Source: Clostridium sp. CAG:524
GTDB taxonomy: Bacteria > Bacillota_I > Bacilli_A > RF39 > UBA660
Length of the DNA: 64,000 nt
Direction of reading: 5' to 3'
Assembly (NCBI GenBank): GCA_000434555.1
Contig: FR880112.1
Coordinates: 161 to 64,160, forward strand
Shown: positions 18,511 through 27,671 of the stretch, piece by piece
How the letters are laid out: each line of letters starts with the position of its first letter
Position numbering within the stretch: position 1 is the first letter of the stretch
Position numbers and translations under genes: made by a program
Notes under the pieces: model-generated
The model's input: only the letters and a program-made list of their open reading frames with translations
Told to the model about the DNA's origin: nothing
The model's database searches: none

Positions 18511-19082
18511 TATTTTCCTCCTTTAAATTCTACTATATAATTATTTATTTTATCTTTGAAATTATCTATATTATTTTGATTCCAATATAATGATGGAGTA
18601 GTTTTACCATTTATAATTGAAGTTTCATTATCAGTATACATTATTTTACCATCTTTAATGATAACTAAATATGGTACTGATATATATAAGTTTCCTTCAT
18701 CATTCATCATTAAATATTTTTCAAGTAAATTTACTAGTTTTTTATATTTAATATTGTTACTTTGTCTATCTTTTTTAATATCATAATATATTATTTCTTT
18801 TATATCATTATCTTTAGCAACTTCATTTAAGTATTTAGCATAGTAGTTAGACCAAGTATTTTCTTTAAAACCCATAAATATTATACCACTTTTATTAAAC
18901 GTATCTAATACTTCATCAATATTACCATATTTATATACATTTTCTTTGCTTACTAAACTATATTCTTCATTAAAATTTTTATTATTATTTATATTTTCAT
19001 TTTTACTAAAGTGATTATATATTAAATAAGCTCCAATTATAGCCATAATTATTATAAGCATTATACTGCTTTTTTTCTTCAT
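18510..19082 (-). CDS. Membrane-anchored thioredoxin-fold-like protein lacking CxxC
   Basis: Signal anchor. The fold-like pattern GIIFMGFKENTWSNYYAKYLNEVA sits where TlpA-like proteins carry WCxxC. This call is tentative. Confidence 0.35.
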   Translation of the reverse strand: MKKKSSIMLIIIMAIIGAYLIYNHFSKNENINNNKNFNEEYSLVSKENVYKYGNIDEVLDTFNKSGIIFMGFKENTWSNYYAKYLNEVAKDNDIKEIIYYDIKKDRQSNNIKYKKLVNLLEKYLMMNDEGNLYISVPYLVIIKDGKIMYTDNETSIINGKTTPSLYWNQNNIDNFKDKINNYIVEFKGGK

Positions 19083-19133
19083 AGTTCACATCCTTACCAT
19101 TATATTTTATCATATTATTATTTATTATAAAAG

Positions 19134-19880
19134 TTATTTATAGAATTGTTTCATTATTGCTTCATTTTTATGTTTAACATAATATTTTGTATCAATTAAA
19201 TTATTCATTAACTCTTTGAATGTTTTTCTTTTTCTATTTTGAAATTTAACGTGTGTAAATTCAGGATTAATTCTTGTTTTTTTATTCTTTTTCATATAAT
19301 CAAGTAATGCGACTATGCATACGATAGTGATTATGCATCCAAAAATATTGATGTATATATTTTTATTTTCAATAAGATATTTTATTATATTATTATTTGT
19401 ATTAAATGCATTTAAGCTTAAAAGTGCAAAACTTAATATTACAAATATATCAAGTATTACTGTTTTAATTTTACCAATGATGCTTGATTGAACATTACCA
19501 CCAAATCTATAAGTAGAGTAGTTAGTATATAATATTGAAAGTTCAAGTATTAGTGGAGCAAACATGATATTATATTCTATACCAAGTATTATAAATGATA
19601 TACCATTTAATAATTTGTCACTAAATGCATCTAACATTGAACCTAAAAATGTTGATATTTTAAGTCTTCTTGCTAAAAAGCCATCAATTGCGTCTGTTAA
19701 AAAAAGTATTATTGTAATTAAAGCACATACACTAGGGCCATGGTATACATATATAAATGGTAATGCAAAAGCACCTAATAATCTTGTAGTAGTTATTAGA
19801 TTTACAAATACAAGTTCAATAATTTTTAATGCACTATATTTCATAAGTATTATTTTATGAAATATTATTTTATTTGTCAA
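19134..19880 (-). CDS. CDP-alcohol phosphatidyltransferase family protein
   Basis: DAIDGFLARRL...GSMLDAFSDK, which is the D(x)2DG(x)2AR...G(x)3D(x)3D motif. The start is uncertain and the Met at 19844 is also possible. Confidence 0.8.
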   Translation of the reverse strand: MTNKIIFHKIILMKYSALKIIELVFVNLITTTRLLGAFALPFIYVYHGPSVCALITIILFLTDAIDGFLARRLKISTFLGSMLDAFSDKLLNGISFIILGIEYNIMFAPLILELSILYTNYSTYRFGGNVQSSIIGKIKTVILDIFVILSFALLSLNAFNTNNNIIKYLIENKNIYINIFGCIITIVCIVALLDYMKKNKKTRINPEFTHVKFQNRKRKTFKELMNNLIDTKYYVKHKNEAIMKQFYK

Positions 19881-19913
19881 TGCAAAGATTTTGTGATATA
19901 ATTATGTACACAT

Positions 19914-20266
19914 GGGGATGCATTGATTCGACAGGATTATGTTTGGGTAGAATGCAAGTAGTAGGCGTACTTTAAACGTAAAAACAAAATAATCGGAAAC
20001 GATTTTAATTTTTCTCCAGCTTTTGCCTAAGTTAGGTAAAAAGGAGCTTCCACTTTTAACTTTTGTTCACGAGTTTTAAGAGGGGAGTCATAAAGTGAAC
20101 TATATTATAAATTTGTTTATGATTTATAACGAATGATTAGTAAACTTTGAATAGTAAGAGAAGTTGGCAATCTACATTATTATTCGAGAATAAAAACCAA
20201 CTAAACTTGTAGATGTTCTATTGGAATGAATCTTGGACAGGAGTTCGCTACTCCTCATCTCCACCA
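19914..20266 (+). ncRNA. ssrA: tmRNA (SsrA)
   Basis: The 5' GGGGATG pairs with the 3' CATCTCC, giving a G3:U70 wobble, followed by ACCA. There is a T-arm GGAG-TTCGCTA-CTCC. The tag frame reads ...GNDFNFSPAFA with a stop at 20028-20030. A TTGTCA / TG-n-TATAAT promoter lies upstream. Confidence 0.9.
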
Positions 20267-20328
20267 AATATGTTATTTACTCTTTAAAAAGAGTTTTTCT
20301 TTTGATATAATTTTATTGTTGTTAATAT

Positions 20329-20403
20329 TGCCCTGTGGCCAAGTGGTAAGGCTCTGGACTCTGACTCCAGCATGCATAGGTTCGAATCCTATCAGGGCAA
20401 CCA
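20329..20403 (+). tRNA. tRNA-Gln (anticodon CUG)
   Basis: Cloverleaf folded by hand. U1:A72 acceptor TGCCCTG/CAGGGCA, anticodon stem CTGGA/TCCAG with loop CU-CUG-AC, T-arm ATAGG-TTCGAAT-CCTAT. CCA is encoded. Confidence 0.85.
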
Positions 20404-20404
20404 T

Positions 20405-20480
20405 GCCAAAATAGCTCAATTGGTAGAGCAACTGAATCGTAATCAGTAGGTTGGGGGTTCGATTCCTCTTTTTGGCACCA
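20405..20480 (+). tRNA. tRNA-Thr (anticodon CGU)
   Basis: Acceptor GCCAAAA/TTTTGGC, D-arm GCTC-AATTGGTA-GAGC, anticodon stem ACTGA/TCAGT with loop AU-CGU-AA, and a T-loop TTCGATT. CCA is encoded. The T-stem has two G:U pairs. Confidence 0.75.
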
Positions 20481-20592
20481 TAAAGAAATTTTATTGTATT
20501 ATATAAATGTTAAAATTAGTTGCGTAATTTCCATAGAATATTGGTAGAATATACTTACTTAAAATGCTATTATCTTTTTGAAAGGAGAAAGT

Positions 20593-21171
20593 ATGAATTT
20601 AGGAAATAAAATAATGACTTTAAGAAAAAAGAATAATCTTTCACAAGAAGATTTAGCAGAGAAAGTAGGTGTAACAAGACAAACAATATCTAAATGGGAA
20701 CTTGAAGAAACAACACCAGATATTAATCAAGCAAGGAAACTATCTATGATATTTAATATAAGTCTTGATGAACTTGTTAATAATGATGTAAATAGTATAT
20801 TAATAGAAAAAGTAAGTAATACAGAAAGACTAGCTGGTATAATTATTAAGATATTAAAGGTATCAGGTATATTACTTATATTATTTATTGTTTTAATGCT
20901 TACATTACTTATAATGTTTAATTTTAAAAGATTTAATAATGATAGAGTTATAGTTGGAAAAGCTAGTGTTTCTTGTAAACTTAATAGTGAAGAATATTTA
21001 TATGAAGTTGAATATAATAAAAACTATCAAGTTATCAATGCTGGAGGAGATGCTTTTATACCTAATCATATAGATGTTGAAAAATATGAAGACATTAATC
21101 AAATTATTGCTCATATTGAAGATTATTTTAGTGAACATAATGGTTCTTGTGAAGTTAATTATTCAAAATAA
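20593..21171 (+). CDS. XRE-family HTH transcriptional regulator with a TM helix and extracytoplasmic domain
   Basis: LRKKNNLSQEDLAEKVGVTRQTISKWE is a Cro/C1 HTH. A hydrophobic helix GIIIKILKVSGILLILFIVLMLTLLIMF follows. The ATG at 20593 follows AAGGAG. Confidence 0.8.
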   Translation: MNLGNKIMTLRKKNNLSQEDLAEKVGVTRQTISKWELEETTPDINQARKLSMIFNISLDELVNNDVNSILIEKVSNTERLAGIIIKILKVSGILLILFIVLMLTLLIMFNFKRFNNDRVIVGKASVSCKLNSEEYLYEVEYNKNYQVINAGGDAFIPNHIDVEKYEDINQIIAHIEDYFSEHNGSCEVNYSK

Positions 21172-21246
21172 AATAACAGGTTGTATTAGTACAACTTGTT
21201 TTTAAATAGATGTATGTTATAATAAATAACTAAAGTGAGGTATGTT

Positions 21247-22167
21247 ATGAAGAAAATTGATGTATTAGAAAATGAATTATATGGATGCATATATACTATT
21301 CCAAGACTTAAAAACTATGATAAAATATGGTCTAAAATAAGTAGTGATAAAGAAATATTAAAGGAAGCAATAACTATCACTAGAGATAAATTTGACGAAA
21401 ACGACACTGTAGTTGCTCCTACTATATGCTATTCAATATTATTTGATTATGAACAAGTAGATAAAGAAGTATATGAAGATTTAGTAAGAAGTATATATAG
21501 TAATAGAGATATTGCAAGAATTGTTATGGATGGAGCATCTAATGGTGGAAACTCATTCTTACTTATGACTTTATGGAATCAAAATTTAAAATTAACTGAA
21601 GAACAAAAAGCATTCGCAGTAGATGAAGCAATGAACAAGATAGGTACAGTTCGTTACCAAAATAATAGAGAAGAATATAACAAAGCTTTAAAAAATAAAG
21701 GAATAAGTGATAAAATGACTATTAATATTCCTGATACTAATATTCCAATTGGACTAGAAACATATTATATGCGTATTAATTATTTAGCATCACTTTTGTC
21801 TACAACACAAGCACATGGAACAGGAGAATTTGATATTAGATTTTGGATTCTTAGAAATCCTAATTGGTCAAATCTTGAAAAAGAAAAACTAGTTTATGAC
21901 TTTTGGTATGATGAAGAAGATTTCAAAACATGCTTAATAGAATGGAAAAGTGCTATTATAAATGAGCCTGTAAACTTTAAAGATTCAGAATTCTTATTTG
22001 AAACATTTGATATTTATGAATGTACATATCAAATGTTATTAGAATTTTATAAAGATAAAGAAACTGCAGATAGAATATATGATGAAATAGAATTTTGTAA
22101 AACTATGCGTAAATTAAGAGAACGTTCAAATAGAAAAGAATTCATACCTAAAAAAGAAATTAAATAA
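21247..22167 (+). CDS. Hypothetical protein (C-terminal module shared with 32594..33091)
   Basis: Long ORF with a GAGG RBS. I recognise no motif. The C-terminal tail ADRIYDEIEFCKTMRKL resembles ASARIIHEEIELCRELKKF in the other ORF. Confidence 0.5.
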   Translation: MKKIDVLENELYGCIYTIPRLKNYDKIWSKISSDKEILKEAITITRDKFDENDTVVAPTICYSILFDYEQVDKEVYEDLVRSIYSNRDIARIVMDGASNGGNSFLLMTLWNQNLKLTEEQKAFAVDEAMNKIGTVRYQNNREEYNKALKNKGISDKMTINIPDTNIPIGLETYYMRINYLASLLSTTQAHGTGEFDIRFWILRNPNWSNLEKEKLVYDFWYDEEDFKTCLIEWKSAIINEPVNFKDSEFLFETFDIYECTYQMLLEFYKDKETADRIYDEIEFCKTMRKLRERSNRKEFIPKKEIK

Positions 22168-22256
22168 AAAATTAACAATTAAACTAACATATAGTTAGTT
22201 TTTTTAATATACCTATGTTATAATTATTTTAGTATTTAGAATATTAGAGGTGCAGT

Positions 22257-23885
22257 ATGAAAAAATTTAAAAATTATTTAATGTTAATAAGTTTATTGAT
22301 AATACCAAATATTGTTTTAGCGAGTACTAATAATACAATTTCTCTTTATGAAGCAGTATTTTATGAATTTTTTGCTACAATATTTGCTACTCTTTTTGTT
22401 TTAAAGCCATTATCAAAATTATTTTCAGAAACAGAAAGTGAAAAGCTTTTTTGGAAATTATTTGGTATTAGAGCACTAATATTGATTATATTTGATCTAT
22501 TTATCTCTACTAATATATATAAAACTGATATGTTAGTAATAGCTATTTTTGGAATATTTATTGTACCTATATGTAGTATAATAAAGAAAAAAGATCCTTA
22601 TAAAAAAGTACAATCTGTGCCTAATATAACAGTAACATCACAAATGGCTAATAAAACAAAAACAGAAGTTATCATCAAATGTGCTAAATGTGGCAATGTA
22701 ATGAATGTTAATGACAAATTTTGTACTAATTGTGGTGAAGCATTTAGTGGTAATAATGCTATCGTTAGTGAAGAAGTTGTAGAAGTAGTAGATCCATCTA
22801 AATTTGATATAATCTTTCAAGCAAAAGATGATGATAAACTATTAGAAGCATTTATATATAGAGAACTTAAAAAAGCAGAACTTAATCTTGATACCCCACT
22901 TATACCACAAGAATTAATGAAAAGAAAAAATGTCTTCAATATTATATTTTCAGTATTGATATTTGCTTATGTATCTCTTATATTCTTTCACTTTCCACTT
23001 ATAACATATATTATAGGTATAGTAATATTATTTATATTATCAAAATTAACTAAAAAATATAATTTAATGAATTATTTAAAGAAAGAGGTTAAATCAAGAC
23101 CAGGTGAAAAAATATCTAATATAATTATGAATACTAAAGTTTCATTAATTGAAGATACTAGTAAAAAGAAAAATATAGTATTTATATTAATCGCAGTTAT
23201 TATTCCTCTTGTAATATTCTATGAACCTAGAATATTGTATGAAGAAACAACTGGTGGTTATGCAGTTAGATTTTATACTTTTGGACTTACTAATTATAAA
23301 ACTGCAACTATACCTGAAACATATAAAAATAAAAAGATTGTTGAATTAAGAGGTAATACATTTTCTAATATGCCATTCTTAGAAAGTGTTAGCCTTCCAA
23401 ATACTATTAAAGAAATAAGGGGTCAAGCTTTTAAAAATGATAGAAAACTAACAACAGTAAATATTCCATCAAGTTTAGAGTACTTGGGCGGTGGTGCTTT
23501 TTATAATTGTACTAGCATTACTGAAATAATACTTCCTGATACATTAACTGAATTAGGTGGAGAAGCATTTTATAATGCAAGTTCTCTTAGAAATATAAAA
23601 CTATCAGAAAATCTTATTGAAATAAAAGGAAATACTTTTGAAGAATGTACATCTCTTACTAGTATTGTAATTCCTGATAAAGTTACTAGAATAGGAGGAC
23701 ATGCATTTTATCATAATACTTCATTATCAGGTGTTACAATATCAAAAAATAGTAAACTTACTGAAATAGGATCAAGTGCTTTTAGACAATGCCCAAGCCT
23801 TCAAAATATAATATATCCATGCAGGACTTATGTTAATGAAAGAGCATTTAAAGAAAGCCCTACAAGCATACAATGTTATAGATAG
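22257..23885 (+). CDS. Polytopic membrane protein with a zinc ribbon and a C-terminal BspA-type leucine-rich-repeat domain
   Basis: Signal peptide plus TM helices. The Zn ribbon is CAKCGNVMNVNDKFCTNCG, with further TM helices after it. Then come ~23-aa repeats of the LRR_5 type (I..IGG.AF..C.SL..I.IP). Confidence 0.7.
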   Translation: MKKFKNYLMLISLLIIPNIVLASTNNTISLYEAVFYEFFATIFATLFVLKPLSKLFSETESEKLFWKLFGIRALILIIFDLFISTNIYKTDMLVIAIFGIFIVPICSIIKKKDPYKKVQSVPNITVTSQMANKTKTEVIIKCAKCGNVMNVNDKFCTNCGEAFSGNNAIVSEEVVEVVDPSKFDIIFQAKDDDKLLEAFIYRELKKAELNLDTPLIPQELMKRKNVFNIIFSVLIFAYVSLIFFHFPLITYIIGIVILFILSKLTKKYNLMNYLKKEVKSRPGEKISNIIMNTKVSLIEDTSKKKNIVFILIAVIIPLVIFYEPRILYEETTGGYAVRFYTFGLTNYKTATIPETYKNKKIVELRGNTFSNMPFLESVSLPNTIKEIRGQAFKNDRKLTTVNIPSSLEYLGGGAFYNCTSITEIILPDTLTELGGEAFYNASSLRNIKLSENLIEIKGNTFEECTSLTSIVIPDKVTRIGGHAFYHNTSLSGVTISKNSKLTEIGSSAFRQCPSLQNIIYPCRTYVNERAFKESPTSIQCYR

Positions 23886-23899
23886 AAAGAGTGATAAAC

Positions 23900-25639
23900 A
23901 TGAATAATACAAAATTTATACATCTATTATATGTTCCAACTATGGCATGTAATATGGCATGCAAATATTGTTATCTTGAAGATAATACAAAAGATGAATA
24001 TAGTAATATTGATTCCATTGAAACATTAAAATATGCGATTAATAAATTCAAAAAAAATAATGTTATTCCATTTAATATTTCACTTCATGGAGGAGAAGTA
24101 ACAACACTTTCTAAAAAAGAATTCCATGATTTAATAAAATACATAAGTGATTACTATAAAGAAAATAAAAATATTATAACAAACGCAGGATTCAAAGTAG
24201 GAAAGCCACATATAAAAACTAATCTATATGGATTAGATAAACATATAGATACAATAAAAGAATTTAATGTGTCTATTTCTGGTAGTTTAGATTTACCACT
24301 ATCACTTCATGATGAATATAGAGTTACTAAAGGAAACAATAAAACACTAGATAAAATACTTAGTAATATAGAACTATTAAAAGATATTCCAAATAAAAAG
24401 AAAATTTCTTCTACAATATTTAAAGAACATTATGAAAAAATAGATGAAATAATTAATGATATTAAATTTTTACACAAAAATACTTGTTTAGATATGAATG
24501 ACTTTAATTTTATGATAGGATTTGACTATAATTCAAATGGTATACTTCATCATATAACAGAAGAAGAACAAGTATCATTCTATGAAAGAATGCATAAAGA
24601 ATTTGATGGTACAGATTTGGATTATGGAGTAAATGGTCCATGGTTTGATGAATTTGGTCCTGAATATTGTTCTAATTGTGATAACTGTGGTAAAAAGTTC
24701 TTCTTACTTGAAAAAAATGGTGATATCTATTCATGTGTAAGAGGTCAAAAAAATAAAGATTATTACTATGGAAATATATATAAAAACACTATAGAAGAAA
24801 TACTAACTAATGCAGAATTAAAAATATTTAATAACCATAATAAACTATCATTTAATGATGAATGTGCTAAATGTGGATACTTATATTTATGTAAAACAGG
24901 TTGCCCATTTGTGAAGAATAACTATAATACTAATAAAAGTTATACATGTTTATTACAACAAAAAATGTATAAAGATAGAAATTATTCAAAAGATATATAT
25001 AATGATGAAACAGTTTATAGATATCTATCTAATATGAGAAATATAGATCTTACTAAATATATACCAAATAGGATAAGTAATAACAATCAAGATTTAGTGA
25101 GTATAATTAATAATGATAAAAACTTAAAATATATTTATGATGATGATTCATTTATATTATCAGTAGATGGAATAGAATTTAAATTAGAGTCTCAAATTAT
25201 AAAGAAAACTAGAGATATAGTTTATATCGCTAAAACATCTAAAATAGAAATATATATGAAAAAGAATTTAATAAATGAAGTATGTGATTATCCTGAAAAT
25301 AATTCATTATATATAATGTTATTATCTGGCGATTTAATCACATATGGAGATGAAAATAGAACTAAACAAAGACATATTGCAACACATCAAATATATAAAG
25401 GCGTTTTAGATAACAATGTTTCATCTAAAAAAGGATATTATAAATATGATATATCATCTTTAATAAAAGAATATAGTAAAGAATACTCAATGAGTGATCC
25501 AAATAATATATTCTTTACTACATCATCTTTAAGAGATTATCATTATTTAAAGCAAAAGAATAATGCATATTATCATATAAATGCTATAAATTTACCATTT
25601 CAAAATATTGAATTTTATTATATAGATAAGGAGTTATAG
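23900..25639 (+). CDS. Radical SAM / SPASM-domain enzyme with an ~240-aa C-terminal extension of unknown function
   Basis: CNMACKYC (CX3CX2C) at nt ~23948-23971. The full SPASM pattern is present: C-x10-G-x4-C (CGKKFFLLEKNGDIYSC) and CAKCGYLYLCKTGC (CX2CX5CX3C). The ATG at 23900 is preferred to the track's GTG at 23891. Confidence 0.85.
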   Translation: MNNTKFIHLLYVPTMACNMACKYCYLEDNTKDEYSNIDSIETLKYAINKFKKNNVIPFNISLHGGEVTTLSKKEFHDLIKYISDYYKENKNIITNAGFKVGKPHIKTNLYGLDKHIDTIKEFNVSISGSLDLPLSLHDEYRVTKGNNKTLDKILSNIELLKDIPNKKKISSTIFKEHYEKIDEIINDIKFLHKNTCLDMNDFNFMIGFDYNSNGILHHITEEEQVSFYERMHKEFDGTDLDYGVNGPWFDEFGPEYCSNCDNCGKKFFLLEKNGDIYSCVRGQKNKDYYYGNIYKNTIEEILTNAELKIFNNHNKLSFNDECAKCGYLYLCKTGCPFVKNNYNTNKSYTCLLQQKMYKDRNYSKDIYNDETVYRYLSNMRNIDLTKYIPNRISNNNQDLVSIINNDKNLKYIYDDDSFILSVDGIEFKLESQIIKKTRDIVYIAKTSKIEIYMKKNLINEVCDYPENNSLYIMLLSGDLITYGDENRTKQRHIATHQIYKGVLDNNVSSKKGYYKYDISSLIKEYSKEYSMSDPNNIFFTTSSLRDYHYLKQKNNAYYHINAINLPFQNIEFYYIDKEL

Positions 25640-25640
25640 A

Positions 25641-26021
25641 ATGAATAAAGAACCAGAAACATATGAAGAATTAATAAGACAAAAAAGATGTATTGACTTA
25701 ACTAAATATTATGAACTTAGTATGGATGATTTAAATAAAATATATACTTTTTTAGAAGAAAATAAAGATGGACAAGTAAGAGGCGGTCTAACAGAACTTT
25801 CACTTGTGAAAAAGAATGTAAAAGAAAATGAAACTATGAAAGTAAATCTTATAAATAAAAGTATTGATGGACTTGTAATGGATAATGAAAAATTTAGCCT
25901 TATACCACATTATGAACCTACAACGTGGAGTAGTAGTGGATATAGTGGAAGTTATAGTGGTGGATCATCAAATAACAATAATAATAATAACAATAACAAC
26001 AATAATAACAATAATAGGTAG
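25641..26021 (+). CDS. Hypothetical 126-aa protein with a Ser/Gly/Tyr tail and a 15-residue poly-Asn tract (candidate rSAM substrate)
   Basis: The start lies 1 nt after the rSAM stop. The C-terminus is PTTWSSSGYSGSYSGGSS-N15-R. Confidence 0.6.
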   Translation: MNKEPETYEELIRQKRCIDLTKYYELSMDDLNKIYTFLEENKDGQVRGGLTELSLVKKNVKENETMKVNLINKSIDGLVMDNEKFSLIPHYEPTTWSSSGYSGSYSGGSSNNNNNNNNNNNNNNNR

Positions 26022-26029
26022 GTGATAAT

Positions 26030-27043
26030 ATGTCATTAATATCAGAAGATACACAATATAATAAATTAAGAAAATTACATATAAATATTAAAACAAAATA
26101 TATAACTGGTAATAAAATACTAGAACGTAATACAGATAACAGTTATAATGATGATATCTTAGATGGTATAAGATGTAAAAAAGAATATTATCTAAATGAT
26201 AAATTAGTTCATACAGAAAATAAATTTGATTCAAGAATTACATATACATTTATATCAAAAGAAATGGAAAATAAAGATTATAAATGTCCTAACTGTGGTA
26301 TGAGTGGTAAACTACATGACTTCTTAGATGGTTGTCCATATTGTAAAACATATTATAATATAGACTATACAGATAAAGAACTAGGCAGTAAGTATCATTA
26401 TGATAGAGTACTTAGAAATACAAAATATAGAATCTTTACAGGAATAATAGATATTATAATAAGTTTATTTCTTACATATTTATATATAATTAATACATCA
26501 AGAACATTTAATTCTTATGATATATCTAAAATATTTATATATGGATTTATATTATCATTAATACTTTATTATTTCTTTTATATAATAGATGCTTATATAA
26601 TATTAGGGCCTATTAAAAGATATAAAGATAAACAAAATCAAAAACAAATTGACTTTTGGAAAAGTACAAAAATAAATAAGAAAAACTTTTTTAATAATTA
26701 TAACTATGAAGTAAGAAATAAATATTATTCTAAATCTAATATTATTGATTATGATGTTATTGATTTTGATGATTTTAAAAGTTATAAAAAGAATAATGAT
26801 TTATATATTGATATTGATGCTTATGTAAGAATTGTATACTTTGATAACGGTAAAATAACGTCAAAGTATTTAGAAGAAAAATATACATTTAAAAAAATAA
26901 GTAATGATGTGTTAGATTTAAAAGATGGGGCTAATATAATTAAATGTCATAATTGTGGTGCTTCTATTGATGCGAAAAAAGGTGAATGTGAATTTTGCCA
27001 TACTAAAATTAAATATCTTCAAGAATGGATAATTATAGAATAA
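26030..27043 (+). CDS. Zinc-ribbon membrane protein (Zn ribbon, 2 TM helices, C-terminal domain ending in a second Zn ribbon)
   Basis: CPNCG...CPYC near residue 90. Two TM helices follow. The C-terminal domain ends in CHNCGASIDAKKGECEFC. Its RBS overlaps the upstream stop. Confidence 0.6.
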   Translation: MSLISEDTQYNKLRKLHINIKTKYITGNKILERNTDNSYNDDILDGIRCKKEYYLNDKLVHTENKFDSRITYTFISKEMENKDYKCPNCGMSGKLHDFLDGCPYCKTYYNIDYTDKELGSKYHYDRVLRNTKYRIFTGIIDIIISLFLTYLYIINTSRTFNSYDISKIFIYGFILSLILYYFFYIIDAYIILGPIKRYKDKQNQKQIDFWKSTKINKKNFFNNYNYEVRNKYYSKSNIIDYDVIDFDDFKSYKKNNDLYIDIDAYVRIVYFDNGKITSKYLEEKYTFKKISNDVLDLKDGANIIKCHNCGASIDAKKGECEFCHTKIKYLQEWIIIE

Positions 27044-27101
27044 AAGAATGTATAGAATGATTAATAATTAAATAACTAATTATTAAAATATTAAGCTTGG
27101 G

Positions 27102-27671
27102 GTGATAAACATAAATAGTACAATAAAAGATATTACTGATTTTATTTTTATAGGAAAAACTATTGACGAATTATCTCATTATGATTTGTTAATTATAAAT
27201 GCTGATTGGGCTGAAGAAAGTCTTGCTAACGACATGCAAATAATGTTTAAAAGGAATATAATAGATGAAAACACTTTATTTATTATATGTGAAGGTCATG
27301 GAAATAATAATGTAAGAAGTGCTAGTATATTAGTAAACTTATTAAAAGAAAAAGGATTGTTAAATAAAATCATAATTAGTGATAAGTACATTAGTAATCC
27401 TGAAATATTAAAAAATATAAATAAACTTGTTGATATAAGTAAATTTAATAGAATTTTAAGAATTGCAAAAGATTTTGTTGCTAGAAGATGGTTTATGAAT
27501 GCTAGAAAATATAATTTTCCAATAGATAAATGTGATTTTTATGGAATAGTTGATAATAGAAATATTAGTAAAAGTGATTGGTGGAAAAGTGAAATTGGAA
27601 TTAATCAAGTTATGATGGAATTTATAAATATAGGTAAATTAACTATTGATAAAGAATTAAAAATTGATTAG
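27102..27671 (+). CDS. Hypothetical protein, possibly YdcF/DUF218-like
   Basis: 189-aa ORF with a GTG start. The layout loosely resembles DUF218. The call is weak. Confidence 0.3.
   Translation: MININSTIKDITDFIFIGKTIDELSHYDLLIINADWAEESLANDMQIMFKRNIIDENTLFIICEGHGNNNVRSASILVNLLKEKGLLNKIIISDKYISNPEILKNINKLVDISKFNRILRIAKDFVARRWFMNARKYNFPIDKCDFYGIVDNRNISKSDWWKSEIGINQVMMEFINIGKLTIDKELKID

Noticed and set aside
20226-20414. 62-aa ORF in the track.
   Set aside because: It spans the 3' end of tmRNA and most of tRNA-Gln. The RNA genes explain this sequence.
23900-25639. The radical SAM enzyme as an anaerobic sulfatase-maturating enzyme or a viperin-like defence enzyme.
   Set aside because: No sulfatase gene is nearby. 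Viperins lack a SPASM domain. The extra ~240-aa C-terminal domain and the adjacent low-complexity protein fit neither. Only a profile search can fully exclude anSME ancestry.
25971-26015. The poly-Asn run as a sequencing or assembly artefact.
   Set aside because: The tract mixes AAT and AAC codons irregularly, stays in frame, and is followed by a proper stop and the RBS of the next gene.
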